Assembly: GCA_965202805.1 (NCBI GenBank)
Contig: OZ241869.1
Location: 160,001-224,000 of the forward strand
DNA from: Longimicrobiales bacterium
GTDB lineage: Bacteria; Gemmatimonadota; Gemmatimonadetes; Longimicrobiales; Gaopeijiaceae
Reading direction: 5' to 3'
DNA length: 64,000 nucleotides
In this document: in pieces, positions 60,730-64,000 of the stretch
How the letters are laid out: each line of letters begins with the position of its first letter
Numbering within the stretch: position 1 is the stretch's first letter
The notes under the pieces: generated by a model
What the model saw: the letters and a program-made list of their open reading frames with translations, nothing else
Told to the model about the DNA's origin: nothing
The model's database searches: none
Position numbers and translations under genes: made by a program

Positions 60730-61134
60730 ATGGCGGCCCGGTGGATCGGCGCGGTGGCGCTCGCGGGGTCGCTCTGGCTGGCTGGCTGTGTGACCGGAGG
60801 TCGCGAAGGTGGCAGGCCTTCCACGGGCGGCGGGACGGCCGACATCACGAGGGAGGAGCTCGACAGGGACACCTTTGGTAACGCCTACCAGGCCATCCAG
60901 AGGCTCCGGCGCACCTGGCTGCGCCAGGGTGCGCGGACCGAGTATCACTCCAACAACCGGCCCGTGGTCTACGTGAACGGGGTCCGCATGGAGTTCAGGG
61001 AGCTTTCCGCAATCAGCGACGATCACGTTGAGCGGATCTCGCTGCTCTCGCCCATCGACGCTACGACGCGGTTCGGCACGGATCACGCGTCGGGGGCCAT
61101 CATGGTCGTGACCCGGCGCGCACCTCCGGGCTAG
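60730..61134 (+). CDS. Small lipoprotein resembling a stand-alone TonB-receptor plug domain
   Basis: Lipobox LAGC; ITREEL, NAYQAIQRLR, PVVYVNG, DATTRFGTDHASGAIMVVTR. Confidence 0.8.
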   Translation: MAARWIGAVALAGSLWLAGCVTGGREGGRPSTGGGTADITREELDRDTFGNAYQAIQRLRRTWLRQGARTEYHSNNRPVVYVNGVRMEFRELSAISDDHVERISLLSPIDATTRFGTDHASGAIMVVTRRAPPG

Positions 61135-61222
61135 CAGCCCGCCCAGCTCCCTCCAGGGCCGGGCCGCCATCGGTCCGAGGCCGGACTCCGGGTTGGGAGT
61201 CTCCGGCCTCCGCCATCTTCCG

Positions 61223-61687
61223 TCACCCGCCGGGGCGGCGGGAAACCACCACGATCGCACCCCACATGTGGCCGGTACCGTACACCGTGGTCGCGTCCCT
61301 GGCGGAAAGGAACCGGATGAGCTCCACGTCCTGCGCGGGAATGGTGCGCAGATCTTCCAGCGAAAGAAGCTTGGCCTGGTCGATGTATACGGCCGGCTCC
61401 GGGTTCGCGTTCACCAGCGTGGGCGTGCGCCGGTAGAACAGCCAGGAGGGCCGGAGCTGCTCGACGGCCTCGTAGGCGGTCTCGGAAAGGACCTGCTCCA
61501 GCTCGGGGCGCGTGATGTCGCCCTGGGAGCTTCCGCCGCGGGACGGTCCCACGTTGCCGACGACGCAGGCGGAGCCGAGCGCCACCAGCAGCAGCGGGGC
61601 TTGGTACCGCCAGAATCGAATGTTCTTCCCGTTGCCTGCGGCCACGGCCCGCGCGACGGATCCGGCTCCTTCGTGAAGGAATCGCAC
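61223..61687 (-). CDS. Second plug-like lipoprotein (paralogue, convergent)
   Basis: Lipobox GSAC; ITRPEL, TAYEAVEQLRP, DATTVYGTGHMWGAIVVVSR. Confidence 0.8.
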   Translation of the reverse strand: MRFLHEGAGSVARAVAAGNGKNIRFWRYQAPLLLVALGSACVVGNVGPSRGGSSQGDITRPELEQVLSETAYEAVEQLRPSWLFYRRTPTLVNANPEPAVYIDQAKLLSLEDLRTIPAQDVELIRFLSARDATTVYGTGHMWGAIVVVSRRPGG

Positions 61688-61692
61688 TGCAA

Positions 61693-62421
61693 TTATCCTC
61701 CTCCGTGCTCCACCGTCGCCCTCAGGAGGCGGTCGAGCATCGGGAACTCGCGGTCGAGATAGTCGTTGCCACCCGCCACGATCGCGCGCTGGTCGCCGCG
61801 CCGCAGCCCGCCCCCGGAGTTCTCGCCGTACCCCGGGTAGATGCGGTCCACCACCTCCATCCCCTCAACCACCCGGCCGAAGGGCGGAAAGCCCTGTGCG
61901 TCCAGGCGGCTGTTGTCCACAAGGTTGATGTACACCTGTGTGGTGCGCGTGTGCGGTTCGGTAAAGGCGAACGCGATGGTCCCGCGCACGTTGCTGGCCA
62001 CCACCGCCTCGTCGTCCGGGATGGTCTCGCCGATCCAGGCGGCGGTCACCTCCGGGTCTCCGGCCAGCCCCCACTGCACGATGAAGTCCGGAACGGTGCG
62101 GTGGAAGCGCGAATCGTCGTAGTAGCCGTGCCGGACCAGGTTGTAGAACCGGTCCGCCCCGATGGGCGCCCAGGCCCGCACCACCTCGATGACGAAATTA
62201 CCCGCGCTGGTCTCGAAGCGGGCCAGGAAGGTGTCGGGGGCGGCCTCGCTCCACACCGGCAAGGCGGGGTCGAGCAGGATCTCGCGGGAGAAGGACGCCG
62301 ATCGGCTGTCCGGTGCCGCGGAGGCGTCCCCGGCTACGGTGGATCCGTCCGAACCCTGCTCGCCTCCGGGCGCGTCCCCCGGCACGCAGACGACGGCCAG
62401 AAGCCCGGCCAGAGCGGTCAC
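61693..62421 (-). CDS. Cyclophilin-type peptidylprolyl isomerase (exported)
   Basis: WAPIGADRFYNLV, FHRTVPDFIVQWG, RTTQVYIN, FGRVVEGMEVVD; start may be the ATG at 62511. Confidence 0.88.
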   Translation of the reverse strand: MTALAGLLAVVCVPGDAPGGEQGSDGSTVAGDASAAPDSRSASFSREILLDPALPVWSEAAPDTFLARFETSAGNFVIEVVRAWAPIGADRFYNLVRHGYYDDSRFHRTVPDFIVQWGLAGDPEVTAAWIGETIPDDEAVVASNVRGTIAFAFTEPHTRTTQVYINLVDNSRLDAQGFPPFGRVVEGMEVVDRIYPGYGENSGGGLRRGDQRAIVAGGNDYLDREFPMLDRLLRATVEHGGG

Positions 62422-62877
62422 CCGCCCGCCCCGGCCCGGTCTGCGTCCAATCCCTGCAGCCACCGGCCACCTCCCGGGTCGGCATGAACCGCCATGGCCT
62501 GCTTCCGCCATCGCCTGTCTGATACTGCCGCGGGTGGATGGCCGTGTCCAATCGGTGGGAGCGGGTGGCGGCGTCTCCGGCTGCCGCCCAATGCCGTGCG
62601 ACGACCGCCTCGCTTGGATCGGTTGCGTGCCCTGCCTCAAGGCTGGCCTGACGGGCCGCCTCGCCGTGGCTGCCCGGGCGACCGGATGCGCGACAACGAT
62701 CCGCCCGGCTGGAGGGTGCCTGCTGGCCGCCGGCCAACCCGGATCGTAGAATCACGGTGGAGGCGCGCAGGTCTTTCTACGTACCCCCGCCGGGCAGCTG
62801 TTCCTCGCGATCCGTCTCTCCGACGGGTCCACCTCCCGGCGGATCATCGAGCAGTACGCGCCTCCAGAGGAGTACGC

Positions 62878-64000
62878 ATGGGTAAGTTTCGTCCGTCCGC
62901 ACGGGCGCTTGCCTGCCTGGCCGGAGCATTGGCTGTCGTCTTTGCCTCCGGCACGCCCGCCGCCGCCCAGACGGGCAACCTCGTCGGCCAGGTAGTCAAC
63001 GCCGCAACCCTTCAGCCCCTTGCCGGAGTTCAGGTCTACATCCCGGGCCTCGACCTGGGCACCGCCACCAGCCAGAACGGGCGCTACATCCTGAGCGTTC
63101 CCGCCGGAAGCCACGAGGTCGTCTTCGAAAGCCTCGGCTACGGCACCGAGACCCGCACCGTGACCATCACCGCCGACCAGGCGACCGAGAGCGACGTTGC
63201 CCTGCGCGAGGAGGCGCTCGCGCTCGACGAGATCGTGGTCACCGGCACGGCGGGAGGCACACAGCGCCGGGCCATCGGCAACGTGGTGGAGACGGTGGAC
63301 GCGGCGGCCATCCTGGAGGTGTCCCCGGTGACCAGCGTCCAGACCCTCCTGGCCCAGCGCACCGCCGGCATGATCATGCTGCCGTCCGCCGGCCAGGTCG
63401 GCACCGGGTCGCCGATACGCATCCGCGGCACCACCAGCATGTCGCTCGGCAACGACCCCATCGTCTACATCGACGGCATCCGCATGGACTCCAACCCGCG
63501 CGGCGGACCGGGCGTGCGCGGCGGGGCCCGGGTCAGCCGTCTCAACGACCTGAGCCCGGAGGACATCGAGAGCATCGAGATCATCAAGGGCCCGTCCGCG
63601 GCCACCCTCTACGGCACCGAGGCCTCCAACGGGGTGATCCAGATCATCACCAGGCGCGGAGCGGTGGGTGCGCCCCAGTTCGACATCAGCGTGCGCAGCG
63701 GGGCCAACTGGCTCCAGAACCCGGAGGCGCGCGCGGGCGGAGACCCGAACTCCTGCTACCACAACCCGGCGTCGCTGGATGCCCTGGCATGCGCGAACGG
63801 TCTCCAGTGGCGCAGAAACGCGAACACCGGTCAGCTTGAAGGGTTCAACCTCGTCCGCCAGGAAATCGACGCGGGCCGCCCGCCCATCTTCCGCACCGGC
63901 CTCCAGCAGGGCTACAACCTGGGCCTGAGGGGAGGCACCGAGGACGTGCGCTACTACACGTCGCTCTCCTGGGACGACGACGAAGGCATCGTCGGCTACG
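62878..64000 (+). CDS. SusC/RagA-type TonB-dependent receptor (truncated by window end)
   Basis: ATG with GAGGAG RBS; AQTG signal; LDEIVVTGTAGG, IRIRG, DIESIEIIKGPSAATLYGTEASNGVIQIIT. Confidence 0.92.
   Translation, partial: MGKFRPSARALACLAGALAVVFASGTPAAAQTGNLVGQVVNAATLQPLAGVQVYIPGLDLGTATSQNGRYILSVPAGSHEVVFESLGYGTETRTVTITADQATESDVALREEALALDEIVVTGTAGGTQRRAIGNVVETVDAAAILEVSPVTSVQTLLAQRTAGMIMLPSAGQVGTGSPIRIRGTTSMSLGNDPIVYIDGIRMDSNPRGGPGVRGGARVSRLNDLSPEDIESIEIIKGPSAATLYGTEASNGVIQIITRRGAVGAPQFDISVRSGANWLQNPEARAGGDPNSCYHNPASLDALACANGLQWRRNANTGQLEGFNLVRQEIDAGRPPIFRTGLQQGYNLGLRGGTEDVRYYTSLSWDDDEGIVGY

Noticed and set aside
58614..60872. Long antisense and alternate-frame ORFs (also 56844..58595, 52358..54724, 18352..19977, 5940..7304 and others)
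   Set aside because: Shadow ORFs expected at ~70% GC opposite well-supported genes; no family motifs

Overview
GC-rich (~70%) bacterial chromosomal window. Gene content and style (SusC-type TBDR, plug-only lipoproteins, Big_2 lipoproteins, PD40-amidohydrolase/S9 fusions, miaA-uppP-birA-coaX run) suggest Gemmatimonadota (inference). From left to right: exported lipoproteins; a Zrg-like ABC/DUF3299 module; an AbgB-type amidohydrolase; a putative heme-uptake operon (exported CbiX-like chelatase, HmuY, TonB receptor) with a sigma70 promoter and Fur-type box; a 3-ketoglycoside-type sugar catabolic cluster interrupted by a PLP decarboxylase; a DUF2203/MATE/Lon-N/esterase run; a small TA/defence patch (AbiEii-type NTase + small partner, SprT-like protease, RHH-VapC); a PQQ dehydrogenase; murB; an Ig-fold metallopeptidase; an S9 peptidase apparently lacking its catalytic Asp/His; secDF-tatD-mutL-miaA-uppP-birA-coaX; Fic; a Big_2 lipoprotein; a Schlafen/AlbA-HATPase; a GT2; a frameshifted PD40-amidohydrolase; an AAA_14/DUF4143 ATPase; CIRCE-groESL; thrS; two plug-only lipoproteins; a cyclophilin; and a truncated SusC. 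No rRNA, tRNA, CRISPR, integrase or transposase was seen. Best candidates for something new: the CbiX-HmuY-TBDR operon, a four-copy motif array with exact 31-bp period, the triad-less S9 protein, and several apparent gene-loss scars. All family assignments come from reading motifs by eye; no searches were run.
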